From Candidatus Eiseniibacteriota bacterium (GTDB lineage Bacteria > Eisenbacteria > RBG-16-71-46 > SZUA-252), in the NCBI GenBank assembly GCA_963703225.1, contig OY969801.1:2432001-2496000 (forward strand): 64,000 nt of DNA. Direction: 5' to 3'. The notes under the pieces are model-generated. The model was given only the letters and a program-made list of their open reading frames with translations. It was not told the origin of the DNA and did no database searches. Position 1 is the first letter of the stretch; each line of letters begins with the position of its first letter. The position numbers were made by a program, and so were the translations under genes. Below, one piece after another: positions 40,723 through 52,000 of this stretch.

Positions 40723-42702
40723 CCCTCTTGCTCCTCGTACTTCGTCTTCAACCGCGCGATGACGTTCGGATCGGCCAGCGTCGTGGTGTCGCCAACAGCC
40801 TTCCCTTCCGCGATGTCGCGCAGCAGCCGCCGCATGATCTTCCCGCTCCGGGTCTTGGGCAGATCCGCCGTGAACAGGATTTCATCCGGTCGAGCGATCT
40901 TTCCGATCTTGGTGACCACGTGCTCCTTCAGCTCGTCCATCAACGCGGCGCCGTGGCCGTCCGCGCTGCCCCCGGCACCCGCGGCGCTGGCCATGCCCAT
41001 CCTTGATCGTCACGAACGCGACGATCGCGGTCCCCTTCAGCTCGTGGGCCCGCCCGACGACGGCCGCCTCCGCCACGGCGGGGTGATCGACCAGCGCGCT
41101 CTCGACCTCCATCGTCGAGATCCGGTGCCCCGCGACGTTCATCACGTCGTCGACCCGCCCCAGTAGCCAGAAATACCCGTCCTTGTCCCGCTTCGCGCCG
41201 TCCCCGGTGAAGTAGACGCCGGGGAATCGCGACCAGTACTGCTCCTTGTACCGCCCCGGATCGCCGTAGATCCCGCGCAGCATGGCGGGCCAGGGCTTCT
41301 TCAACACGAGGTACCCGCCGCCAACCGGCACCGTCGCGCCCTTCTCATCGACCACGTCGGCCACGACGCCCGGCAACGGCCTCGTGGCGCTCCCGGGCCG
41401 TGTCGTGACCACTCCGGGTAACGGCGAGATCAGAATCATCCCCGTCTCGGTCTGCCACCAGGTGTCGACCACCGGGCAAATCCCACCCCCGATGTTCTGC
41501 TGGTACCAGATCCAGGCCTCGGGATTGATCGGCTCCCCCACCGACCCCAGCAGCCGCAGCGAGGTCAACCGACGCTTCTTGGGCCACTCCACGCCCCACT
41601 TCATGAATGCCCGGATCGCCGTTGGCGCGGTGTAGAAGATCGTCACGCCCAACTCCTCGATGATCTGCCAGAAGCGATCCTTCTCGGGCCAATCGGGCGA
41701 GCCCTCGTAGATCACGACCGTCGCGCCGTTCGCCAGGGGTCCGTAGACGATGTACGAATGTCCGGTGACCCAGCCGCAGTCGGCGGTGCACCAGAAGACA
41801 TCGTCCTCCTTGAGGTCGAAGACCCATTTGGACGTCGCATAGACGCCGGTCAGGTAGCCGCCGGTCGTGTGGACGATACCCTTCGGCTTCCCGGTCGTGC
41901 CGCTCGTGTACAACGTGAACAGCACGTCCTCGGAATCGATCGGCTCGGCCCAGCATTGGTCGGAGATGCCGTCGACCAGCCGGTGCCACCAGTGGTCGCG
42001 CCCCTCCTGCATGTGGACCTGGAACTCGCCGCGCTTGAAGACGACGACGTGCTGGATCGATGGGGCGCCCTTCACAGCCTCATCGGCGTCGCGCTTCAAC
42101 GGCACGATCTGCCCCCGCCGGTAGCCGCCGTCCGCGGTGATCAATACCTTCGCCTGCGCGTCGTTGATCCGGTCGCGCAGCGCCTCGGCCGAGAACCCGC
42201 CGAAAACCACCGAATGGATCGCGCCGATCCGCGCGCACGCGAGCATCGCGATCGGAAGCTCGGGGACCATCGGCATGTAGATCGCGACGCGGTCTCCCTT
42301 CATGACCCCGAGCTTCTTCAGCCCATTCGCAAACCGGCAGACTTCTCGGGAGAGATCCCAGTAGGTCAGCGTTCGGCGGTCGCCGGGCTCCCCCACCCAG
42401 ACCAACGCTGCTTTATTCTTTCGCGGCCCGCGCAGGTGGCGGTCGAGGCAGTTGTAGGAGACGTTGAGCTTGCCGCCGACGAACCACTTCGCGTCGGGCG
42501 GCCGCCAGTCGAGCACTCGGTCCCACTTGGTGAACCAGTCCAGCTCGGAGGCGACGCCGGCCCAGAATCCCTCGGCATCGCGCTCCGCCTGAGCGTAGAT
42601 CGACTCATCCTGGATGTTGGCCTGTGACGTGAAGGCGGGCGTCGGCGGGTAGGTGCGGGCCTCGTCGAGCAGCGCGGCGATGGCGCCGGTCTTGTCGGGC
42701 AT
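40719..42702 (-). CDS. acs: Acetyl-CoA synthetase, one apparent +1 frameshift near 40997
   Basis: [35 protein letters not shown]; the C-terminal [12 protein letters not shown] is in the second frame (ORF 40719..41000). Confidence 0.96.
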
Positions 42703-42766
42703 GTGGGGATTCCTCTCGAGAGGTCGATCCACGGGGCTCGGAGCCCCAAATGTCGGGCGCAGTATA

Positions 42767-45700
42767 TCACTTCAATACGACGACCCTCCCCCTCTCCGAG
42801 CCTTCGGGTGCCTCGATCGAATAGAAGTAGATCCCGGAGGCGAGCCGGCGGCCGCTTCCATCCGCGCTGCCGATGCGAAGGTCGTGGTAGCCCGCATCAA
42901 GGGGCGCGTCGTGGATCGTCTGGACGAGGCGTCCCTGAACGTCGAGTAGGCGGACGCGCACGCGCCCGGGTTTGGTGATCACGAACGTCAGGGTTGCGTC
43001 CGGGTTCATAGGATTGGGCGCCAGGGAAGCGGAGAGGGCGAACGGCACCACGACCTGGAACGTGATCGGGGCTTGGAACCGCGCCCCCGACACCAGTGCC
43101 CCCGTGATCGCCGCGACCACGGTTTGCTTTCCCGGCGGGAGATTGTCGAAGAGTCGCCGCAAGCCGAAGGTCGAAAAGCAAAGGGTGGCCTCGGGTATGG
43201 AATTGTGGTCTCGATCCATGGCGAGAATCGCCTTCGCTCCAAAAGCGGGGACTTCCGAAATCGATCCTGTTCCGATCGATACGAGGCGGATGGAGCGGGC
43301 ATCCAGATCGGTGATCGCAAACGATCCGCCGACGGGCTCGAGCTGGAAGCAGTGAAAGGGACGCCAGGACGCGAGCCGGATGATCCCCTCGAGCCCGGCC
43401 GCGAATGCCCGGGCCGCAACCGTGGCACCGATCGTCGCCGTGGTCGAGTCGCTGTCGGCCAAGGCCGCATCGCGGACGGTGAGCACCACCGGATACGTGC
43501 CCCCCGCCGCGTATGTGTGGTGGATCATGGCGCCGAGGCCGGTCGCCCCGTCCCCAAACCTCCATGCATAGGAGAGCGAATCCCCATCGGCGTCGCTGGA
43601 GCCGGCCGCGTTCAACTCCAGCGGAAAGCCGGCCAGGCCGGTGTAGGGACCGCCCGCGTCCGCCACGGGGGCGCGGTTCGTCTGGAGCACCCGAATTGAC
43701 GTCTCGAAGGTTCCCGACTTGTCGTTCGAAGCGGTGAAGCGAACGATGTATGCCCCCGCATGGGAGAGATTGGGCGTCCACGTCAGGCTGCCGGACGACG
43801 AGCCCGGGCCGGCCGTGAATGCCGCGTCATTCCCCAGCGGCAGACCGGAGAGATCCGCCGTGAGCGACGTGAGCGGATCGCCGTCGAGATCGAGAGCCTG
43901 GATCGAGAGGTTGAGCAAGGCCCCCTCCGCGACCGTCACTTCGCGCGGCGCCTTCACGTACGGGAGCAACGCGTAGTTCGACGCCGCCACGTAGCGCACG
44001 ACCGGCACCAATTCCCGGAGAGCGCCCACCGAGGCAAGGCGGTCGCTGCCCTGGCCGACGAGGATCGCCGTCACAAATTCCTTGGTCTCTTCGGCGCCGA
44101 GGTGGAACGGGCCGGAGGAGACCATGATCCGCTTGTCCGCCGGTACTAGGTCGAGCCACCCCGTGCCCGCGACAGGATCACCGTCGTACCGGAATGTGGT
44201 GACCGGCTGCGCGGGATCGCCCGCACGGTGCATCGCGCTCCCATCGGGGTTCTTCCCCTGCATGAGAACAAAGGATCGCTCGGGAGAGAGCCGCTCCAGA
44301 TTCACCATGGCGATGTCGTAGGACGTGAACGAGTTCATCCGGGGCGTCCCGGTGTCTGGCGTGCCCGGCGTCGTCGGTGATTCGAGGAGCACCAGGCCCA
44401 GCGCTGGAGCCGCGCCTCCATACTGGCTGTCCATCGCATCCGCGTTATAGACATAGCCAAGGTCGAGGCTCGGGTCGCAGCCGGCAGCATCGTCGCTCGG
44501 TTGGCCGACGTCGACGTCGGCCCAGACCGTGGCGTACGCGCTATCGATGTCCGAGAGGCCCCGGTTGGTCAGGACGAATCGGACGAACGCCATATCGGCA
44601 AGCGGCCCGGGCGCGGCGAACGAGAAGGTGCTCTGGCGGACTTCCACTCCCATCGGCAGCGTGCCGGCCTTGTATTCGGGCCCCGCGATCCGTCGCCCCG
44701 CTTCCGTGTCGTTCGAGACGCTCCAGACGAATTGGTCCCCGTCCATTCGCGGCTGCCCGCCTGCGTCCACCGGCGCGCCATCTGCAGCGGGCCATTGAAG
44801 GTAATCCTCGCTCGTGACATCGCCGCGCGAGATTCGGAAGTTTCGGAACCGAACGTCGAATGGATTGGGAACGGTCCCCCTCGTGGTTCCGGGGAAAAAC
44901 TCCGTCTGAGAGCCGCCGCGGGAGACGCGCAGCGCGTCCCCCGCCTTCCCGCCGATCCAAGGACCCAGCGCGAACAGCACGGTGTTTTGCGAGCCCTTGG
45001 GATAGGCCAGCCCCGGCTCCGTTTGAATGAACTCAAACCCCGTTTGACCGCCGTTTCCGACCAGAAGGTCGAGATTGTTGGCGTCGAGCCGCGAGAGACT
45101 CGAGAACGTGACGCCGACGGTGGCCGGCGCATAGCTCGTCAGGTCTCCGTCCGACGCTTGGAAGTACATGCCGAAGTGCCGGACCCCGTTCACGGCGGCG
45201 TCCTGTGTCCGCGGCGTCCAGTCAACGGTCCCGGCGGTGTTCTCGAAATTCTTCGTGAACGTGGCTCCGCTCTGGAGCGCCGAGCCCAAGTCCGCGGTGA
45301 GGCTTTGGATCGGATCTCCATCCGGGTCGGAGACGGACACGTCGATCGAGACCGGGCGGAGCGGCATGGCGCCGACAAATTCCGGTGCCGACAGAATGAC
45401 CTGCCTACTGTGGACCTGGACCTCGAGGGCCCCGGTCGCGCTGGATCCGAACGCGTCCGTGACGGTGAAGCGCAGGGTGAACGTTCCCATCTGGCTCGGG
45501 GTCCATGACAAGGTGCCGTACGCGTACTGGCCGTAATACTGCGGGGTGAATGATGTGACGTCGCTCGGGGGCAGGGCGCTGTCATCGAACGTGAGCGAGG
45601 AGATGTCGTCGCCATCAGGGTCGTACGAGTAGACGTAGACCTCGCTGGAGGTGTGGACCTGTATGTAGTTGCCTTCACTAACGGACACTTGCGGAGGAGC

Positions 45701-46849
45701 GAAATTCGGGAGCACGGTGATCGCGACGCTCTGGGTGTCCGCTGCCACCTCATCGTGGGCCGAGATGACGGCCACGGCAGTTCCCACATGGCTCCGGAAA
45801 TTCGGTTGCAAGAGAAGGAACGCCGTTCGGTCCGTTGCGTTGAAGACGTGGGCATAGTCGGGACCCGCTTCGCGCTTGTAGAGGATCTGCTCCGCATCGG
45901 ACCCGGTGACGCTCAGGGTAATGAGACTGTCCCTGTGCTGCGTCATGACGATCGGGGGAATGGGAACAAGGATGAGCGAACGCGCGGCGACGTCGATCGC
46001 AAAGGTTGCGTCGACGCTGTAGTGGCCGTCGAATGCCCGCACGCGACCCGTGTAGTGCCCGGCGTCGTTGGGTCCGGGCGCGAGGTGAATGTTTCCCGTC
46101 GCCGTTCCAGTTCCCGCATCGAGCGTGGAAACCGTCATGAAGCCGGGCCCTGCCGCTTTGGAGAAGGCGACCGGATCCCCGTCCAGATCGGTGGCGGTGA
46201 TCCCCTGGTCCGCGCTCCGCCCCTCCAAGAGCGCCATCGCCAATGGCTGAACCCAGACCGGCGGATGGATACGCGGACCGCCCCACGCGAGGCCGTCGGC
46301 GTCGAGCCAGTCGCTTCCCAGCTTGAGCGTGTTGTCGAACTCGGTTCCCGAGCAGTTCGACCCGAAGGACGTTGTGAACGCTCCGCTCAGCGGGGTGCTC
46401 GATGCGAACTGGATATCGGTAAACCCGGACGCGGGGGTGATGGTGATGGAAGCGAGCCGGTAGAGGCCGGCGGGAAGCAGGGACCCGCCTCCAAAGCCAT
46501 TGTGGTAGTCGGTCCCCGACGAGACCTCGCCCTGGGAGCCCGAAAACTGCGACACGCGGTTCGTGAACCCGCTCCACTCGACCGTCCCGTCGGTCGAGTG
46601 GAGGATCAGCTCGTAGCCATTGATCGTGAATGGCCCGTCCTGGGATGGGCAGAGGGCGGGCGCGCCGTCCAGGTTCTGGTCCGTGTGGAGCCAGACATCC
46701 ACCGTGGTGCTCCCGGTCGTCGCGAGGACGTCCGCGGAGGTGTGGATCCCGTCCCCATTCGCGTCGAGATAGATGTATTGAGCCGGCGCGGTGGAAGGGA
46801 GGATCAGCGTTGCGAGTACGAGCGCGAGAACGACGGGCGAGTTTCGCAT
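42767..46849 (-). CDS. Large secreted multidomain protein (Ig/cadherin-like repeats, PKD domain, FlgD/T9SS-like tail)
   Basis: Signal peptide, repeated D.DGD.I.SLT units, [12 protein letters not shown]...W.FGDG PKD, tail PNP.NP...SGIYFY...VVVLK. Confidence 0.85.
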   Translation of the reverse strand: MRNSPVVLALVLATLILPSTAPAQYIYLDANGDGIHTSADVLATTGSTTVDVWLHTDQNLDGAPALCPSQDGPFTINGYELILHSTDGTVEWSGFTNRVSQFSGSQGEVSSGTDYHNGFGGGSLLPAGLYRLASITITPASGFTDIQFASSTPLSGAFTTSFGSNCSGTEFDNTLKLGSDWLDADGLAWGGPRIHPPVWVQPLAMALLEGRSADQGITATDLDGDPVAFSKAAGPGFMTVSTLDAGTGTATGNIHLAPGPNDAGHYTGRVRAFDGHYSVDATFAIDVAARSLILVPIPPIVMTQHRDSLITLSVTGSDAEQILYKREAGPDYAHVFNATDRTAFLLLQPNFRSHVGTAVAVISAHDEVAADTQSVAITVLPNFAPPQVSVSEGNYIQVHTSSEVYVYSYDPDGDDISSLTFDDSALPPSDVTSFTPQYYGQYAYGTLSWTPSQMGTFTLRFTVTDAFGSSATGALEVQVHSRQVILSAPEFVGAMPLRPVSIDVSVSDPDGDPIQSLTADLGSALQSGATFTKNFENTAGTVDWTPRTQDAAVNGVRHFGMYFQASDGDLTSYAPATVGVTFSSLSRLDANNLDLLVGNGGQTGFEFIQTEPGLAYPKGSQNTVLFALGPWIGGKAGDALRVSRGGSQTEFFPGTTRGTVPNPFDVRFRNFRISRGDVTSEDYLQWPAADGAPVDAGGQPRMDGDQFVWSVSNDTEAGRRIAGPEYKAGTLPMGVEVRQSTFSFAAPGPLADMAFVRFVLTNRGLSDIDSAYATVWADVDVGQPSDDAAGCDPSLDLGYVYNADAMDSQYGGAAPALGLVLLESPTTPGTPDTGTPRMNSFTSYDIAMVNLERLSPERSFVLMQGKNPDGSAMHRAGDPAQPVTTFRYDGDPVAGTGWLDLVPADKRIMVSSGPFHLGAEETKEFVTAILVGQGSDRLASVGALRELVPVVRYVAASNYALLPYVKAPREVTVAEGALLNLSIQALDLDGDPLTSLTADLSGLPLGNDAAFTAGPGSSSGSLTWTPNLSHAGAYIVRFTASNDKSGTFETSIRVLQTNRAPVADAGGPYTGLAGFPLELNAAGSSDADGDSLSYAWRFGDGATGLGAMIHHTYAAGGTYPVVLTVRDAALADSDSTTATIGATVAARAFAAGLEGIIRLASWRPFHCFQLEPVGGSFAITDLDARSIRLVSIGTGSISEVPAFGAKAILAMDRDHNSIPEATLCFSTFGLRRLFDNLPPGKQTVVAAITGALVSGARFQAPITFQVVVPFALSASLAPNPMNPDATLTFVITKPGRVRVRLLDVQGRLVQTIHDAPLDAGYHDLRIGSADGSGRRLASGIYFYSIEAPEGSERGRVVVLK

Positions 46850-47018
46850 CAGGCCCCCCTCGATGCGGTGTGAACCCAGCGCTGCACGGACGAGGAGTTT
46901 TGCGGGTCACGACAGCCGTCTATCCCTAGCGATTGGAGGCCCCTAATACTACGCCTCCCGGCTGGTGATTTCCAGGAGGCGCAAGCGTTCCCGCAACTTT
47001 TGTCGCCACAGCGGCCTA

Positions 47019-47453
47019 CTAGGCGGGAATCTTCATATCCTCGGGCTTCACGTCCTTCACGTGCGTCGCGAAGAACCACTGGTGCCCTTCCGGATCCTCG
47101 GCGGCGTAGCGGCGGTCGCCGTAGAACTGGTCCTCCGGCTCCTTGAGGATCTTCGCCCCGGCCTTCTTGGCCCGCTGGAAATGCTCGTCCACCTTGTCGA
47201 CGTAGACGTAGAGCATCTGGGTCGGCATGTTCAATTGTTTGGGATTCTTGAATTCGCCGTCGGGGCGACCCATCATGACGACGCCCTCCTCCAGCGTGAC
47301 CTCCGCGTGCGTGACCTTGCCGTCGGGCCCGTCCATCCGCATCCGTTCCTTGAAGCCAAAGGTCTTGGTCAGCCAGTCGGACGCGGCGGCCACGTCGTGG
47401 TAGAGCAGGTAGGCGGTGATGCGGGGCATGTCTTTCGGTGGATTCTGAGGCAT
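47019..47453 (-). CDS. VOC/glyoxalase family protein (PhnB-like)
   Basis: YL.Y.D...A..WL...FG, HAE, DQFYGDR.Y.A.DPEGH.W; AAGGAGG RBS. Confidence 0.92.
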   Translation of the reverse strand: MPQNPPKDMPRITAYLLYHDVAAASDWLTKTFGFKERMRMDGPDGKVTHAEVTLEEGVVMMGRPDGEFKNPKQLNMPTQMLYVYVDKVDEHFQRAKKAGAKILKEPEDQFYGDRRYAAEDPEGHQWFFATHVKDVKPEDMKIPA

Positions 47454-47831
47454 GGGACTACCCTCCTTCGCGTTGTGGGGACGGGGAATCGTACCACGCG
47501 CCCGTCGCCGAAAATTCGCTGGCGTGGGGGGTCAGGCGCCTTCAATATTCAGCCCATCGCCACTTGCGGGCCGAGGAGCTCTTCCCCTCCGAGGATCCAC
47601 CTCCCGCCACGGACGGCGCCTCGGCCCCCTGCGAATTCCCTCCAGAGCCGACCGACATTTCTTCTAACAGACATAATTACAATCGTTTAACCGGTTTCTG
47701 AAGCTCTGGCCCGATCCAGCCATCCAAAGAGTATGGGAGGCGGGTCGTCGGGCCGGCAGGGACGCCGAGCGTGGGTCATCCCACAGGGATCCGGCGACAC
47801 GCCCCATACGCGTTTCCGAAAGGAGCGACCC

Positions 47832-48647
47832 ATGGCAAAGCTCACCGCAAGGCTGGCGGAGCGCGAGCAGATCGCCGATGCCACCTACGCGTTCCAGTTC
47901 GATCTGGCCAATCAGCCCTTTGAATACAAGTCGGGTCAATCGGTGGATCTCATCCAACGGGAGCCGAAATACACAGACGAGATGGGAAACCGCCGGACCT
48001 TCTCCATCGCCGACGCGCCCGGGAAGGAGCGCCTTCTCGTGGCCACACGCAATCGTGGGAGCGCGTTCAAGCGGAGCCTGATCGAGGCGCCGCTCGGCAC
48101 GCCGGTCGACCTGGACGGGCCCTACGGCTCGTTCACGCTTCCCCAAAAACCGAACGACGTCTACATGCTGGCGGGCGGCATCGGGGTCACCCCGTTTCGC
48201 TCCATCGTCGAGGACACGCGGGAGCGCTCGCTCGACCACACGCTCACGCTCATCCACTCGAACCGGACGCCCGAGGAGACGCCGTTTCTGGACGAGCTGA
48301 TCCGATGGGGCGTGGAGAGCGCCAAGGAGACATCCGGGGGGAAGGTCCCTCGGCACCACCGGTGGAACTCCGGTTCCTCGGGCGCCTCGACGGTCGCAGC
48401 GTCGGGGCGCCCGCGCTTTCTCTACGTTCCCACGATGACCCAGGCGGCGCGGTCCAAACGCGGCTGGCAGGGCGAACGCCGCCGCGTCGCGCCCGACCTC
48501 CTCGACGACATGCTCCCTTCAGACAAGAACTCAGCGGTCTACTACGTCGCGGGTCCGGGCCGGTTCGTCGGGGGAGCCGTCGGTGCTCTCAAGAAAGTGG
48601 GGGTGGATGAGGATCAGATCCGTTTCGAGGAATTTCCGGGCTACTGA
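47832..48647 (+). CDS. FAD/NAD(P)-binding FNR-like oxidoreductase
   Basis: RTFSIA, GPYG.F, AGGIGVTPF, YVAGP, C-terminal EEFPGY. Confidence 0.9.
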   Translation: MAKLTARLAEREQIADATYAFQFDLANQPFEYKSGQSVDLIQREPKYTDEMGNRRTFSIADAPGKERLLVATRNRGSAFKRSLIEAPLGTPVDLDGPYGSFTLPQKPNDVYMLAGGIGVTPFRSIVEDTRERSLDHTLTLIHSNRTPEETPFLDELIRWGVESAKETSGGKVPRHHRWNSGSSGASTVAASGRPRFLYVPTMTQAARSKRGWQGERRRVAPDLLDDMLPSDKNSAVYYVAGPGRFVGGAVGALKKVGVDEDQIRFEEFPGY

Positions 48648-48816
48648 GCACCCCTCCAGACCTCTATCCCGGTAACATTTTTTTAACCTCCGGGCGACCC
48701 CGGCAAAGCTGCATGCGGACGCTCCGGAGGCGACCCAATGGCATCGAAAGGGTTATGGGGATGCCTCATTTCGGGGACACCGAACCTGTAAAGCGGCATC
48801 GGTAAGCCCTTTTCCA

Positions 48817-48863
48817 CCTCAAGCTATTGCGGTATAATGGGGTCTCGCCCCAAGATGTTGTGT
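48817..48863 (+). promoter_or_regulatory. Tandem NrdR boxes flanking a TATAAT -10 element
   Basis: CCTCAAGCTATTGCGG (48817-48832) and CCCCAAGATGTTGTGT (48848-48863) match acaCwAtATaTwGtgt, start 31 bp apart, with TATAAT at 48833-48838, upstream of nrdJ. Confidence 0.75.
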
Positions 48864-49008
48864 TTTCCCTCTTGACGGTGCTCGGACCCCCTCCAGTAGA
48901 TTCCGACCCCGGTTTCAAGAAGGATCCCCGGCCGCTCTTTGGCCGGGTGATGGCGTCTCAGGAGAGGCGCCCCTGGGTGGGGACTGCAACTACGGAGAGG
49001 GGCCGGAC

Positions 49009-52000
49009 ATGGTGAGGGATCTGGGGAGCGACGGCACGGCGATCAACGAAGGTATGGCGGTTCTTGAGGGAACTCCCGCGATGGGCACGCAAGGGAAACG
49101 AGAATTCGGTGTCGAGACCCGCGCAGGTCTCCGCTTCCCCCGCGTCTACACCCGGCCCGGCGTCGATCCATACGACGAGGTCGAGTGGGAGCTCCGGACA
49201 GCGGTCATTTCGAACGAGCACGGAAACGTCGTCTTCGAGCAGCGGGACGTGGAGTTCCCCAAATTCTGGTCGCAGATGGCGACGAACGTCGTCGCCTCGA
49301 AGTACTTCCGCGGCCAGATCGGCACCCCGCAGCGCGAGCGCTCGGTCAAGCAGCTGATCGGCCGGGTCGCCAAGACGATCGCGGGCTGGGGACGCGCGCA
49401 GGGCTATTTTGCCACTGAACCCGACGCGCAGTCGTTCGAGGACGAGCTCACCTACCTCCTGCTCCACCAAAAGGCGTCGTTCAACAGCCCCGTCTGGTTC
49501 AACTGTGGCGTCGAAGCCAAGCCGCAGTGCTCGGCCTGCTTCATCAACTCGGTCACCGACACGATGGACGGAATTCTCACCCTCGCGAAGACCGAGGGGC
49601 TCCTCTTCAAGTGGGGCTCGGGCACCGGGACCAACTTCTCGTCGCTCCGCTCGTCCAAGGAGGCGATCCAGGGCGGCGGCACCGCGTCCGGGCCGGTTTC
49701 CTTCATGAAGGGCTTCGACGCCTTCGCCGGCGTCATCAAGTCGGGCGGCCGCACGCGCCGCGCGGCCAAGATGGTGATCCTGAACGTCGATCACCCCGAC
49801 ATCGTGGAATACATCAAGTGCAAGGCGGAGGAGGAGAAGAAGGCCTGGTCCCTGATCGACGTGGGCTACGACCCCTCGCTCAATGGGCCCGCCTACTCCT
49901 CGATCTTCTTCCAGAACTCGAACAACTCGGTGCGCGTCCCCGACGAATTCATGCACGCGATCGAGAAGGACGGGAAGTGGACGACCAAGGCGGTCACCAC
50001 GGGCCAGCCGGTCGACACCTACCGCGCGCGCGATCTCATGCAGATGATCTGCGACGCGGCGCACCAGTGCGGCGATCCCGGGCTTCAGTTCGATACGACG
50101 ATCAACGACTGGCACACCTGCCCGAACACGGCGCGGATCAACGCGTCGAATCCGTGCGTTACGGGTGACACTTTGGTAGCCACAACTGATGGCTGGCGCC
50201 GGATCGATGCGCTCGTGGGCCATTCGGCTGCGGTCATCGGCGCCGATGGGATGCCTCATCTGGTGACAAACGTATTTCCCACTGGCGTCAAGCGCGTCTT
50301 TAGGCTTCGCACGCGGGCTGGATATGAGGTACGGATCACCGCTGACCATAAGGTTTGGACCGCGGATCGGGGCGATGTCGCAGTGAAAGATCTCGAGGTG
50401 GGGGATCGCCTCGCACTCCAGGCGCCCGGGTTCGGGCGGCGCGCCCTTGGCGAGCGCTTGGCGCTCGCCGTTGGAGTCGCCGTTGGCGACGGATGTCTTA
50501 CCCGCACGGTTCACTCGAATGGTCGCACGCAGGAGATTGTCATTCTCACCATGGCGGCGGGTGAGGCCGGCGTCCTGGATGAGATCGCGGGCACCGTCAA
50601 TGTGGAGAAGGCTGCCCGTCGGGTCGCGGGCTCAGTTGGGCGCGCGGATGAAGTCCACGTGACTGAAGGCAGCGGCTCCGTCTCTCGACTCAGTTTCTCG
50701 TCGCAGCCCGTCGTCGATGCCTTTAATGAATTGGCGGTGCTCGACAAAGGGAGCGCTGGAAAGCGTTTCACGACAGCCGCCTTTGAACTGGACCGCGCCT
50801 CGATGGCGGGGATGCTGCGGGGACTTTTCACGGCTGACGGTACCGTCGCCAATTATGGCGAGAAGTCGCAGTACATTGCGCTTGATTCCACGTCTCTTGG
50901 GCTGCTCCAACAGGTGCAGCTCATGCTGCTGAGCTTTGGAATCAAGTCGAAACTGTACCGCGAGCGCCGCGGGGGGGTTGCTTCCTCATTGCTCCCGGAC
51001 GGTCGCGGTGGGATGCGGGAGTACCCGGTACGCGAGACTCACTCGCTCCGAATCACTCGCTCCTCGCGCTTCCTCTTCGAGCGTGAGATTGGTTTCCACA
51101 CCGCAAGCCCAAAGGCCGAAGCCCTGCGGGTGCTAAACGACGAATTCGCATCCTATAGGGACGAACTCACCGACAAAGTCGCCTCGATCGAGGCCCTTGG
51201 CGAGGAGCCGGTCTTCGACCTAACGGAGCCAGCGACGCACCATTTCGTGGCGAATGGGCTCCTTGTCCACAATTGCTCCGAGTACATGTTCCTCGATGAC
51301 TCGGCGTGCAACCTTTCCTCGCTCAACCTCATGAGGTTCCTCCGCGAGGACGGATCGTTCGAGGTGGAGAAGTACAAGCACGGCGTCGCCACGATGATCA
51401 CCGCTCAGGAGATCATCGTCGACAACGCCTCCTATCCGACGCCCGCGATCGAGCGGAACAGCCACGACTTTCGCCCGCTGGGGCTCGGCTACGCCAACCT
51501 CGGCGCGCTCCTCATGTCGTGGGGCATCCCCTACGACAGCGAGCCGGGCCGCGCGATCGCGGCGGCATTGACCGCGCTGATGCACGGCCACGCCTACGCG
51601 ACCAGCGCCCGCATCGCGGCGGTGACCGGTCCCTTCGCGGGCTTCGAGAAGAACCGCGAGCCGATGCTCCGGGTCATCCGCAAGCACCGGTCCTTTGTCG
51701 AGAAGATCGAGACCCGCTACGTCCCCGCAGACCTGATGGAGGCGACGCGGACCACCTGGGAGGAGTGCTACAACCTGGGTGCCGAGCACGGATACCGCAA
51801 CTCGCAGGTCACGGTGATCGCGCCCACCGGCACGATCGCCTTCATGATGGATTGCGACACCACCGGCATCGAGCCCGACATCGCCCTCGTGAAGTACAAG
51901 AAGCTCGCCGGCGGTGGAATGCTCAAGATCGTCAACCAGACGGTGCCTGAGGCGCTTCGGCGCCTCGGCTACGGGGAGGATGAGGTGGCTCGGATCGTGC

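Noticed and set aside
48900..49080. Cobalamin riboswitch upstream of the B12-dependent nrdJ
   Set aside because: The conserved B12-box elements were not recognised; only generic hairpins are present.
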